Positions 13,579 to 27,139 of a stretch of DNA of 64,000 nucleotides are shown here, piece by piece. Numbering within the stretch: the stretch's first letter is position 1; each line of letters opens with the position of its first letter. Location: NCBI GenBank assembly GCA_012295275.1, contig CM022673.1, positions 25,482,001 through 25,546,000 of the forward strand, given 5' to 3'. Under the pieces are notes generated by a model, which was not told the DNA's origin, ran no database searches, and was given only the letters and a program-made list of their open reading frames with translations. Origin of the DNA: Chrysomallon squamiferum (lineage: Eukaryota > Animalia > Mollusca). Position numbers and translations under genes: made by a program.

Positions 13579-15559
13579 CTAGCGAGAAGAATGCTCAGCA
13601 CAAATGTCACATTATTTCTCCTAATTAAGTAAGTCACAAGTTTTTAAAACACGCTGTAATCATATCCTGTCACAGAGTCTTACACTTTGTTACTTCTCTT
13701 AATAACAGCAGCAGCAGTAACCAGCCTGCCAGCCATACTTCAGTCCAACCTGACCAGATTTATTAATAATAATGATGATAATAAATAAATTAAAAAAAAT
13801 AAAAAGAGACGAAAATCATTTGATTCGGCAGTGAAAAAAAAAAAATAATAACAACAATAAGCGACGTGTGTGTGGAGAGAGAAAGCTCACACTGCTGCTG
13901 TTGTTGTTGATGATGAAAGAAACACTGACTGCGTAGTAGCGCTGCTGTCTGTGTGGTGGCAGTTCACTCTCGCTCTCGCTCTCTCGCTGGCTACAATTAC
14001 ATTACACAAGTGATGAATAACTTCATAAAAGTCTCTGTTAGCAATCAAGACCACTGCTTTTCCCCTCAAACCGTTTGAGAACGGTCTAATTGAAGTTCTG
14101 TCGACAGTGAGCACCAGAATCCATCCCTGATCATCTTTGCCTGCTCATCCAGGGAAGCCTTATTCAAGTCAGCCTTTGTAATTACACGTACAAAGCCCCA
14201 GCGCTCTCAATAGATAGAATCAGTATAATTTACTTGAGAAAAGGGTTTGTGCTTTATATGAAAACACATGGCTTTGCCGAGTGACATGTTTTAATTTATT
14301 TCTGTAAGGTTCATTATTCTCTACATGAACACTTTGTTGACAGTCCATAATTTGATGAGGTGGTCTACAAGTGAATCTGACGCTCAAATCCATAAGGCTG
14401 GGATGACTTTAATCTCCCTTCATTCTAAAAAGATTTTGAGTTATTTCTTCTGGGCTGAGAGTTTAATTATAATAATCAATCTAGTGAAAAGTAATGAAAT
14501 TACATTAATCGTTCTTTCTCTAAGAGAGCCTGTGTAATCAAGACAACGAACAGAGTTAAGAAGAAAGAAGAAAAAAAAAAAAAAAAAAAAATGAAAGAAG
14601 AAAAAAAAAAATTACAGGAAATTAAATCTATGTGTCCACTTCCTCGTTGGTCCAAATTACCGTGTGTCTGTCTTTTTATCGAGTGTGTGCAGGATCCTGT
14701 TAGCTACCAGGCTATTCCAGAGTGTAATGAAAAATGGTGTTTCAATTTGGTGAATGATATCGTGTCGTCCATCGAAATGAGCATGATAATGCTTTACTTA
14801 TTTTTGTAGGATTACGCCAGTGATGACTTCATTACCAAGGCTTATTAAAAGAAAATCTGTCTGGGCTCTAATACAGCGAGAGTCCTTTTTACTTCATTTC
14901 AATTCATTGATCTGCTATAAACGAAATTGAAATGACACAAACTGGCAAGGAAGAATCCAAGTTTATTGGATTTTTTTAACCCTGTGCCAAATGCTATGAG
15001 AAGTAACCTGAGTAATGATCAAAGATCTCAAACAAAATTGTTCTTTTTAACTGTTCTCTTGTAACGAAAATAAATTGTCATTAAAGGTAGACTACTCTGG
15101 GACAAATATCGTGTGCTGTTATTACTGGCAGTGTGGTTATGGCTCCATTTGGTTATCGTATTTAACAATTTTTATTAACATATTAACCATTAAATTAAAT
15201 TGGTTAAATGCTTTGTTGATCAGAAAGTTTTAAAGCGAGAATCTGCTTTGATAAAGCTAATAATAATTACAATAAAAAGATGGCAAACTTCATGAAATTT
15301 TTTAAATATTAATTTTTTCCTTTAATTTAGATAACCTGATTCTAATAGAGTGATTACACAAATGACTTTAATAATCTCAGAATTTTTTTTTCAGTTTTAA
15401 ATAAGAAATATACAATTTTGCACATAATGTGGGTTGTTAAATAAACAGCATAGAAAAATTTATTTAAAAAAATAATAATTTTAACTCATGATGAAAATGA
15501 GTTTATTTAAAACAGACCTGAGGTTCAATGATTTTCAAAAAAGTTTTAAAGGACAAAAA

Positions 15560-15790
15560 TATTTTTATTTCACTTCACACACAACACATTAATAAAATAT
15601 GGTTGGAGATGATGTAGATATGGACAAAAAAGAAGCCAAAATTAAAAGAGCTACTTTATTTCAAACAACAGCAAGGAATCTTTTACATACACAGAAAAGC
15701 ATGTACATGTATCATAGCCTTCAGTAGTAAAACAATGGGATGACAAATTGCACTGAGAAAAACCAACCCTGAAACACAGCATGGCTCAAA
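15560..15790 (-). mobile_element. Decayed SINE-like repeat, same family
   Basis: gctactttatttcaaacaacagcaaggaatcttttacat, with a 17-nt exact inverted match to 6583-6599. Boundaries approximate. Confidence 0.5.
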
Positions 15791-18700
15791 AATAACAGCC
15801 CATGCCTTTAAAGTTTTAAAAGTGAAAGATTTTTGCCTCAGACAACTAAATTATGAAAAGTAAACCAAGTTACTTGCCAGTGACAATTATTCTGACACTA
15901 GTATCAGAAAAGTGGAATTTTCAACTGTGACTAAGCTTCTCTATCAGCTGCAGTTTAATCAGACTGTTCTGTACAGATATATCTGTATTCCCACTTCGCG
16001 GTGGATCTTTCCCTTTGTGGCCTGCACACTTAACGACTGAATATTAACCTCCATCATTTCCTCGCATAAACAGGAAGCAACCATAATGAAGAAAAGAAGA
16101 AGAAAAAGAAGAAGAAGAAGAAGAAGAAGAAGAAGAAAGAAGAAGAAAAACAAATGCAACATTTTCAAAGTAATTAGGATGTTTTATAGGTATTAATTTA
16201 TCAGAAAGTGTTTTTTTTTATCAGCATCACTCAATAACGTCTCGGCCAATATACAGGTCCAGCATGCGTAATGATGAAAGACAAAGTGATGCAAGCAGTT
16301 TGTGTGTGTTGTGTGTTGCTCTGTCAGATTAGCCGTGGTGTATGATATTTGCTAGTGAAATAACACTGTCAGACTGGGGATACAAAGCACTGATTTATTG
16401 TTTTTAAACACGTCAGTGTCAATTGAGAAGATGACACCAATTATTGGCGAAATTGCTCTGTGTAACGGCGAGGGTTACTTCCTCAATTAGTACCTCTCTT
16501 CACCGCGCAGTGTAAACCAAAGCTGCAATTATTGCACGTGAAATTAATGACCCTTTGGAGCCTTCTGTCTTGCCAGCTTTCTGATGGATAGGCCTTAATA
16601 TCACTGCAAACAGTAAAAAGCCATGATGATAAATGCACTCTTCAGTTTATATCCAGAAATCGCCTCTATGTATACTAATTCGGTGTGTCGGAGCTAATAA
16701 CCAGCATGGCAGAAAGACTATTTACAAATGAAAATTTGCAGTCGGGATTTTGCATGGAGATTCACATAAGAGGGCACGAGAGCTGAAATCAATTAGAATT
16801 GGGAATGTGATCAAGAAGCTTTGTGTACAATCAGCCATCCAATCAACGCGGAATTCTTCACAGCAAGATCAGTAATAATAAGCTGATAATTATAATCAGA
16901 CAATCGGACACAAATGATCTCCTTACCATCTTTGCAGGTAGCTAGCTCTCTCTCTCTCTCTGACAATGGAAAAACACCACACAAAGACATTTAAACGCTT
17001 GCATCTTGACAGTTTTGTTTTGATTCAGGCATTCAGTATTTGTTTTCTTCTTCTTTATAACATATTTTAATATTCTATGCATAACACTGTGACAGTAGTT
17101 TTTTCAGAAATTGTGGATACAGAACAAAGTATTCTAGCCAAGAAGCAAACTGAATGAGATACTTTTAAAAATATCTGTGTAAGAATAAAGTGAAAAAACA
17201 ATAAAACTTTTCTTAACAAGACAAATTAGTTTCAAGTTTGCTAGTTATCCCTCGTTATTCAAACCTTTTCTCAGGTTTGATTAAAATATGGTAGTTTTTT
17301 GTTTCTATATTTATCATTACTAACATTAAATTATTCCATTTTATTATTTTGTCTATTCTTGTCATAAAATCTGAGCATTTCAACAAATTCGGTTCAACGA
17401 AAATCAGATAAATGTTAATTATTTGAAAGCTACAAATATTTAATTAAAAAAGTGTCTTGAACTTTTATTGTAACAGTTTAAAATTCCTGCTTAAAACAAG
17501 TAAAAAAACAACAACAAATAAATAAATAAGTAGTTAAATAACTAAAAATAAAATTAATTCTAAAAAATATCCTAGTAAAACAACATAAATGATAAACAAC
17601 ACCAGTGGGGAAAAAAAAAATAATAATAAAGAAAAATAAAGAAATATAGAAATAACAATAAACAATAATTATACAGAAATAAAAAAAACACCCTTAAAAA
17701 AAGAGAAAAGAAACAAAAGTGTTAAAATTATGATCTGAGAAATGGATACTGTGAGACAGAAAAAAAAAAAAAAAAAAAAGGCCGACACAATGAAATTAGT
17801 CGTGTTTCGCACAAAGAGACATGAATGGTGTGAGTGTGCGACCAAACAGCTTAACAACAGACTTTGAAAACAGATAATAACCGAGCTGTCAGCTGTGAAA
17901 AAGAACAGCACAGTCAATTTGCTACAAATATTGTAAGTGGCCACTCATTTTCACATAATGGACCCTTTGGTGACACCAAGTCAAAGAATGGCTGCCTGTT
18001 ATTTAGAGTCAGGCCCAGGAGAAATGGAGATTAGGAGAAGTAATTCATATTAGCACAGGGCTGCTGTCGGCTTGCCTTAGTCTAACCATGTCTTACAAAA
18101 CACATATGCTCTTATTATGCATGCTTCTGTCAAACAGTGCAGTAGTCATTAACTTCACTTGTACGTTAATAAAATTTATAAATCCTTATTTAATTTGTAA
18201 CAAAGCAATGACGTTTTTGGGGAGATTTTTTATTTTTTTATTTTTTTTTATTATTATTATTATTTTTTTTTTGAATATATGTTTTTGTAGCTTGAAGGGA
18301 GGAAGGATATTTTTATGAATCTAAATTGAGTAAATTATGTAACTGGTTTGAAGTAGGAAAAATAGGACATGTTTTTATTTTATTTTTATTTGGCTTGGGG
18401 CTTTTTTTTTAGATAAAAATAAAACTAAATTAATTATTACAGTAGCAGAAGTAGAAGATAAACTTGTTATTTTAATCTGTAAAAGTTATACGAATGTCCA
18501 TACAGACAGACGTACATTGTAAACTTAAACCATTTCCATCTATGCAAAAAAAGCTGAACCAACATTAGAAGAAAGTTGATCAAACATTTTTGAAAATAGT
18601 TTTAACATTTTACTTGTTTGATGAAGATAGCAGGTGTCTTCATAAACTGCAAATGAAACAAGCACTGTACAAGATGGAAACCTTACAGTCACAACAGAAC

Positions 18701-19911
18701 TGAAACCAGTATGCTGATGTGTTCTACTGACAAAGATGTTCCAAGAAGCAAAATGAATCTGACAGATGATAAATCACCAAAGTAATCTTTCAATTAAAAA
18801 AACCAGACAGACGAAAACACACTTAAATATACAGACAGACACAGACACCCACAGAGATACACAACATCATATGAATATAAGTTATTACTGCTACTATAAT
18901 TATTTTTGTTGTTGTTTTTATTGCTACCACTAAACTGCTACCACAACACCTACCACAACTAAAGCTACCATTTTTACTAGCGCGTACTACTACTACTACT
19001 ACTACTACTGCTGAAACTATTATTATTATTGTTATTATTATCATAATATTATCTTAATATTATACAAGCTATATGAAGGAGGACAGCCAGTATAAATAAA
19101 ACAGTCACTTCAATTTTGTAAATGAAATTAATTTTCTGTGACATTTACCCTGACATTAAGTCATCAAAGGTGCAGAAAGAAAATTATCTGTGGGACAGGA
19201 TTTACCTGCAATCCTTCCACAAACACCAGAAAGTCTCAGATTCTGGAACACAGTCAGCCATCATATGAAAATCGGTATGCAGAAATGAAAGCCTGTCAGT
19301 GAGGGAAAAAATAAAAAATAAAAAATAAAAAAATGCTCTCCACTATTGAATAAAAATCATGGATGAGAGAAAAATTGGCTTTCCTTGATTTGTGTCACCT
19401 CATTGGTAATAGACTTGGACAGTTAACAAATCCTGTTTTTGCCCAAATGTGCAGGGTCAATTTGGTGGGTATATGACTTGGCATTCTAATATCTTGATAA
19501 CAGTTTCCATTTCACAAGAATCTTTAGATATTTTTTTTTTTTTTTTTCCTTTTCCCTTTCCTTCTGTTGCGGAGGTTGTGGTTCACTGCAGTACATCTGG
19601 ATTGCTTGTTAAATCTCACTTTTACTGCAAGGAGACACTGACAGACCTCTTGATGGAGAAAGGACTTTATAAATACATTTGAGAAAATTAAAGGACATGG
19701 GGGAAAAAAAAAAAAAACTGTTGAGGAGATCAGTGTTTAATTGTGTTTGCACAGCAGGGAGAGAGGTCTGATACAGAGCTGACTGGAATGGTAAAACAGC
19801 AATATTGACCAGAACAACACACACTGGATGAAGTTTTCTTAATGGAACATGTCACTTTAGAATGAGTTTTGTTTTACACTTAGTGTCTGTTTGACGTGTG
19901 TGTGTGTGTGT

Positions 19912-19961
<50 letters not shown>

Positions 19962-20569
19962 ACAGACAACGAGTATTTCGTGTAGGTGTGTTTGTATGTG
20001 TTCACTCATGTATCTATTTTTATCTATCTAGTTATTCAGACATACATATATGGAGTTACATAAAATACAGACGCATACATGCAAACAGATATAAGCACCT
20101 ACACACACACACACACACACACACATGCATGCATACATACATCCACACAAAACGTACACATACACATAAACGCATACAGAGATATACACAAAGCCCTTTG
20201 TATGCACAGGCTTTTGTGTATAACACTGAAAATATGGTGCAATGTTTGTGTACAGTATATTTCTGAATATCTGTCTACATAAAGGTGTATTTGTCGTGTA
20301 TTGCATTCAGATATGTGTGTACTTTTGACACTGTGTTTTTAATAACATTTATTGAAACGTCACTTTGGTTGAAAATGTTGACAGGAGCATTCAGTAATGA
20401 CAAATAATATGAACTCTTCTCCGACAAACTAAAAGTGCTCTGTCACTCAGAATACATAGAAAAAAAATAAAAATAATAATAATAATAAAAACATTCACTG
20501 TAACCACATCATTGCCAGAAAACTATGCCTTCACAACAAAATATCCAAATATTTAAAACAAAATTCATA

Positions 20570-20890
20570 TTTTCAAAATGCATTTGTTCTGGGAATTAAT
20601 ATTTTAATAATTAAAATTATGGTCAATTTTTAAATTTAAGTTTTTAATTTTCAAATTGCATTTGTTCTGGGAATTAATATTTTAATAATTAAAATTATGG
20701 TCAATTTTTAAATTTAAGTTTCTAATTTTCAAAATGCATTGTTCTGGGAATTAATATTTTAATAATTAAAATTATGGTCAATTTTTAAATTTAAGTTTCT
20801 AATTTTCAAAATGCATTTGTTCTGGGAATTAATATTTTAATAATTTAAATTATGGACAGTTGTTTAAATTTTTGTTTCACATTTTCAAAA
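20570..20890. repeat. Tandem repeat, 78 bp unit, about 4 copies
   Basis: catt(t)gttctgggaattaatattttaataatt starts at 20581, 20659, 20737 and 20814. Confidence 0.95.
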
Positions 20891-21756
20891 AAAAAAAAAA
20901 AAAAAAAAAAAAAAACAACTCATTGCTCTGGGGGTTAATATTTTAATAATTCAAACTATTTTATCTGTCCATTTTTTTCTCCTGTTTTACTCGTGTATCT
21001 TCTTGTTTGAAGATAAAGACAAGAAAAAAAAAAAAATGAACCTATCATCCTCTAACAATGGAATGAATAATTCAGAGTCGCTAATAAAGAATGCACAAGA
21101 AATACACTTTACATCAGATAATCGGCATCAAATATGGTTTCCCTTTTAAAAAATTAATTTTTTTTTTCTTATACAAACATTCTTCTTGCTTTTAGAAATA
21201 AATCAGTTGATGATAGGACATTAATAATGCATTTGCCGCTATTGTAGGTAAATTCCACAGCATTATGGCACGTTTTCCCCAGACAATGGGAGGAATGATA
21301 TTTTTATGAAATTCAGATTAGTTGCACATTTAACTACTTCGCTGAGTACTGACATTTTCACATGACCTTTTGGTGAGGATTAAATTTCTCTAATGACAGA
21401 GAATGACAATAAACTAGTGTACTGCTGGAATAGAGGACATTTTGAAACCAAAAAATAAAAAAAAAAAAAATAAAATGAAAAATGACTCAGACTTTGTAGT
21501 CAATTTGTCTTTGTATAGGAAATTTCCGAAGAACTTAATTAATTTAATTTGGATGAAAGGCTTCTTTTAAACTGTTATGAAACAACAAGTATTAAAAGAA
21601 TATTAAGATTTTGTTCATCAAGACTTAGAATTTTACAGTTTAAATAAATTACAAAATAATTCTTTCATTAAAATTTAAATAAAGTCAATTGAGAATGATT
21701 TTGTTTCAGTTTTTTTGGTAATTAAAACTGAAAGGATTTTTTTGTTGTTTAAGAAA

Positions 21757-22350
21757 GGATGATGGTAATGTTTAACTGAAAACAGAATGATTCTTTGTTT
21801 AAAAGTGTAAAAAAAGGATGATGAGGTGTTTAACTAAAATGATGATGTATTGTTTAACTGAAATGATGATGTAGTGTTTAACTGAAATGATGATGTATTG
21901 TTTAACTGATAGGATGATGTCGTGTTTAACTGAAATGATGATATAGTGTTTAACTGATAGGATGATGAGGTGTTTAACTGAAATGATGATGTAGTGTTTA
22001 ACTGATAGGATGATGTAGTGTTTAACTGATAGGATGATATAGTGCTTAACTGAAATGATGATGTAGTGTTTAACTGAAAGGATGATATAGTGTTTAACTG
22101 AAATGATGATGTAGTGTTTAACTGAAATGATGATGTAGTGTTTAACTGAAAGGATGATGTAGTGTTTAACTGATAGGATGATATAGCGTTTAACTGATAT
22201 GATGATTAGGTGTTTAACTGAAAGAATGATGTAGTACTTAACTGAAAGGATGATGTAGTGTTTAACTGAAAGGATGATGAGGTGTTTAACTGAAAGGATG
22301 ATGAGGTGTTTAACTGAAAGGATGATGTAGTGTTTAACCAAAAGGATAGA
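21757..22350. repeat. Minisatellite, 24 bp unit (gtgtttaactgaaa(t/g)gatgatgta)
   Basis: Regular 24-bp period; explains the SVKHYIIL-repeat ORF at 21799-22341. Confidence 0.95.
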
Positions 22351-22480
22351 AGAATTGTTTCACTGACAGAATATTTTGGTGTTGCTTTAGTGAAAGGATA
22401 AAGTGATAAAAAGCAGTAGCTGGTTTAATATGAAATTCAGCATAACTACCTAGACCCAAGACATAACCTGCAGACACCTA

Positions 22481-23960
22481 ATACACAACTTACTTAGTAG
22501 TAATACACAACGTACTTAGACATAACACACAACTTACTTAGACACAACACACAACTTACTTAGACATAACACACAACTTACTTAGACATAACACACAACT
22601 TACTTAGATATAACACACAACTTACTTAGACACAACACACAACTTACTTAGTAGTAATACACAACGTACTTAGACATAACACACAACTTACTTAGACACA
22701 ACACACAACTTACTTAGACATAACACACAACTTACTTAGACACAACACACAACTTACTTAGACACAACACACAACTTACTTAGACATAACACACAACTTA
22801 TTTAGATATAACACACAACTTACTTAGACATAACACACAACTTACTTAGACGTAATATACAACTTACTTAGACATAATACACAACTTACTTAGACATAAT
22901 ATACAACTTACTTAGACACAATACACAACTTACTTAGACACAATACACAACTTACTTAGACATAATACACAACTTACTTAGACACAATACACAACTTACT
23001 TAGACACAATACACAACTTACTTAGACATAATACACAACTTACTTAGACATAATACACAACTTACTTAGACCAATACACAACTTACTTAGACATAATACA
23101 CAACTTACTTAGATGTAATACACAACTTACTTAGACGTACTATACAACATACTTAGACATAATACACAACTTACTTAGACATAATACACAACTTACTTAG
23201 ACGTACAATACAAAAACCTTAGACATAATAGACAAATTACTTAGACATAATACACAACTTATTTAGACCAATACACAACTTGCTTAGATAATACACAATA
23301 CAGAATCTACTTAGATACAACACACAACTTACTTAGACACAATACACAACTTACTTAGACATAACACACAACTTACTTAGACACAATAAACAACTTACTT
23401 AGACACAATACACAACTTACTTAGATGTACTATACAACTTACTTAGACACAATACACAACTTACTTAGACATAATACACAACAACCAGACACTTGAGAAA
23501 GTAATTACAGAGACACTTAGATACAATGCTTAGATCTAGTTATACAAAAACAATCTTTAGATACAATGCACAATCTACTTAGACCTATTAGACATAATTC
23601 ACAATCTACTTAGATATAACACGCAGCCTATTTAGACATAATTCACAATCTACTTAGACATAACACACAGCCTATTAGACATAATACACAGCCTATTTAG
23701 ACATAACATACAGCCTATTAGACATAATTCACAGTCTACTTAGATATAACATGCAGCCTATTTAGACATAATTCACAATCTACTTAGATGTAACACACAG
23801 CCTATTTAGACATACACACAGCCTATTAGACATAATTCACAATCTACTTAGATATAACACGCAGCCTATTTAGACATAACACGCAGCCTATTAGACATAA
23901 CACACAAATCTAGTTAGACATAATAGAAAACCTACTCAGACACAATGCACAAACTGTTTA
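22481..23960. repeat. Minisatellite, 22 bp unit (acacaacttacttagacataat); diverged variant after ~23500
   Basis: Period checked at 22981 and 23003; roughly 45 homogeneous copies up to ~23480. Confidence 0.95.
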
Positions 23961-24736
23961 GAAATAACCCAACAGAAATGATTTACTCATCTGCTAAACA
24001 TTAACATTTGAGGAATTTCCTTAACACGTTGTGATTACAGCTAGGATGAACAGTTAACGATGTAGTAGATGTGACTGTGGAAGTCAAGTGTTGTTTACAT
24101 ATTCTGTCACTTACACAATGATGACATTGATAAAAACAGAGACAGACTTTTTAACTGATCAGCTGAAAACCCTCCTTTCCAACTAGATCATTTAAATTTT
24201 TTTTTAAACTTTTTGGATAAATGAATGTTTGACAGTGTCGTAATACATTTAATTATTTGCTAACACTAGGTATCAGTGATATCCTTCTTATAAATTACAA
24301 TGACTTTATGAGACATAAAAAATATACTATCACAGTTTAATCTGAACATGTTTAAACATACTATAATGAGTAGAATATATGCAAATGAATCCATCACATT
24401 TATCATCATCTCTGATTGCGTACAAAAAACACATTCGGAACATTTTTAAAACTGATGTTTGTTTGTGTCTCATTTTTTTTGAAAAGATTTAAGTTTTAAG
24501 AGATTTGAAAGTTAAATTTTATTAGACGGTATAAAAAGAAGTTTAAAAAGAAAAAAGTAAGTTAATAGCCACAGAGTGTGCTCTGATTGTGTTTTCACCT
24601 GAGATTGACAGGACAACCTGTTTCAAACAAAGCAATTTGAATTCACAACATGTTTATCTGACAGGTAATCCAGTTGTTTTTGAAATCAATGCACAACAAG
24701 ACTGCCCTGATTACACACTACACACACCTTCAAAGT

Positions 24737-25050
24737 ATGTGTGTGTGTGTGTGTGAGTGTCTCAAAGTACATCTGTGTGTGTGTGTCTCAAAGTACATCT
24801 GTGTGTGTGTGTGTGTGAATGTGTGTGTGTGTGGGTGAGTGTGTGTGTGTGTGTGTGTGTCTTGTGTGTGTGTGTGTGTGAGTGTGTGTGTACATCTGTG
24901 TGTGTGTGTGTGAATGTGTGTGTGTGTGTGTGTGTGTGTGTGTCTGTGTGTGTGTGTCTTGTGTACAAGTGTGTGTGTGTGTGTGTGTCTGTGTGTACAT
25001 CTGTGTGTGTGTGTGTGTGTGTGTCTGTGTGTGTGTGTGTGTGTGTGTGA

Positions 25051-25148
<98 letters not shown>

Positions 25149-25187
25149 ATGAGTGTATGTGTGTGTGTGTGTGTGTCTCTCTCTCTT

Positions 25188-25222
<35 letters not shown>
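24737..25222. repeat. Long (TG)n compound microsatellite ending in (TC)n/(TA)n
   Basis: Directly visible. Confidence 0.95.
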
Positions 25223-25228
<6 letters not shown>

Positions 25229-26191
25229 TATTAAAAACAGGAAAGATATTTCTGATGTTAAAAAGGAAAATGTAACATACATATGCTCACAGGCAAAACA
25301 AACACATCAAGATTTAACTTGAAGTTTCAAAAACGTTTCTAAATGAGGAAAACTGAGAGAAATGTGTAATTTTCAGCTCTTATTTTTATTCAGTAAAATC
25401 AAAATGTTTTTGTAAAAATTTCTTTTGCCTTTGAGTGTTGTTAACTAATTGTCACTTTTCATGTGTAATTTATGAAAATGTAAGAAATGCATTACTACAC
25501 TGCATAAACAAATAAATATAAACTGTTCATTGTTAATTATATACATTTAGAATATATATTTTTATTTGTGAAAATTTGTTTTCCTTTAATTAATTTTCAT
25601 CATTATTATTATTATTGTTGTTATTATTATAATGATGATCATGATGATCATTATCATCATATAATTATTACTGTTATTATGCTTGTTGTGTTTGTTGTTG
25701 TTATTTTTATATGTATTCCTAATTAAAATGATGCTTATATATATATATAGGAATCAAATTGACCAGAATTTGTTGTACCTCTATGAAAGGTAAATGAACT
25801 TGAGAACATTGACATCGTAACATATATAATTATGTACTGTGACACTCTGTGACCATCTGCGACAAAATCAGACACTGAGTTGTTAATTTCACGGTTAAAA
25901 TTCCAAAGACCAAAAGCTTGTTTTGTATACAACTCACTCATGCACGAACTGTGAAATATGGAATACATTAAACACAAACACTAATCCACTAATCAGCAAA
26001 TAGATTTCACTTTGCTATTGTTTCTTACCTGTTAAGGGATATCATTAATATATCTCCAGAATGAACCATTAATGTATTTAATAAAATTAATATATCAGGC
26101 TTCAGTAATTTAATCAGTGGATTTCTGTTGTAATTTTTTTTTTTTTTTTCCCCCACAATCAAGTATACATGTGTCATAAAGAAAAATATTG

Positions 26192-26235
<44 letters not shown>

Positions 26236-26765
26236 ATAATTTGTTTCACTGACAAAGTTTTATCAGTTTCCTGATCACAGATGAAAACACAAACCCAATT
26301 TCATGCTTGGTTAAATGGAGATTAAAAAAAACGAATTTGCTAATACCTGGCTGTGTTGAACTTTTATGTTTTTTGTTTTCTGTGTTTCTAGCAATGGAAT
26401 AGGTTCATACATAAATACTATCTAATTGTGGCGTGAAATGTTTGTCAGCACTCAAATGCTACAAAACAAGTTTTTGTGTTAAAATAAGGTACATTTTTAT
26501 TTTTAAAAACAGCTGACACATACACTGGTAACTGAAAATAATGTACTGTATGGTTTTTAACTGTTAAACAAACAGAACGTTTAAAAAACACTCTTTCGAC
26601 AGTTTGTAACTAAGATAGATATTGTCCTAGATATTAGAAGAAAAAAAAAATAATGAAAAATAAAAAATAATAAATACATAAATAAAGAAATAAATAATAA
26701 TAATTAAAAAAATATATTAAATAAATTTAAAAAAAACGAAAGTATAATTATATTCAGGTACAAAA

Positions 26766-26834
<69 letters not shown>

Positions 26835-26956
26835 TAAAATCCTTTTACTACTACTAATAATAATTCATAAACCAGTGAGGGAAAATTAAAAAAAAGAGGA
26901 AAAAAAGAAGTATAATTACATACAGGTAAAAAAATGACATAAACGTAAATTCTTAC

Positions 26957-27139
26957 CATTGTTGTTTGCTGTGAGACTCTTTTCCAGAGTCTCACTGTTA
27001 ATGTTCACAGATGGAGAATCCACTGACACACTCATCGTCGAATTGTCCACAGAAAGCCTGAGGGGTGGGGACGACCCCCCAACTGAAGACACACCCAGTG
27101 TGACATCCAGGGGCACACAGCTGATGTCATCGGCCATGT
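26957..27139 (-). CDS. Coding exon of minus-strand gene, Ser/Pro-rich, EYA-like N-terminal motif
   Basis: Acceptor ttctgttttgcag| and donor ATG|gtaaga; 183 nt, phase 1-1, GC-richer than flanks. Reads (D)MADDISCVPLDVTLGVSSVGGSSPPLRLSVDNSTMSVSVDSPSVNINSETLEKSLTANNN. The MSVSVDSPSVNINSETLEK part resembles human EYA2 MVELVISPSLTVNSDCLDK (recalled, not searched). Confidence 0.75.

Noticed and set aside
21799-22341. 180-aa ORF of SVKHYIIL repeats
   Set aside because: It is a stop-free frame of a 24-bp minisatellite, with a non-ATG start and no splice or homology support.
22481-23480. CRISPR-like appearance of the short-unit arrays
   Set aside because: The units are head-to-tail without unique spacers, there are no cas genes, and the context is eukaryotic.
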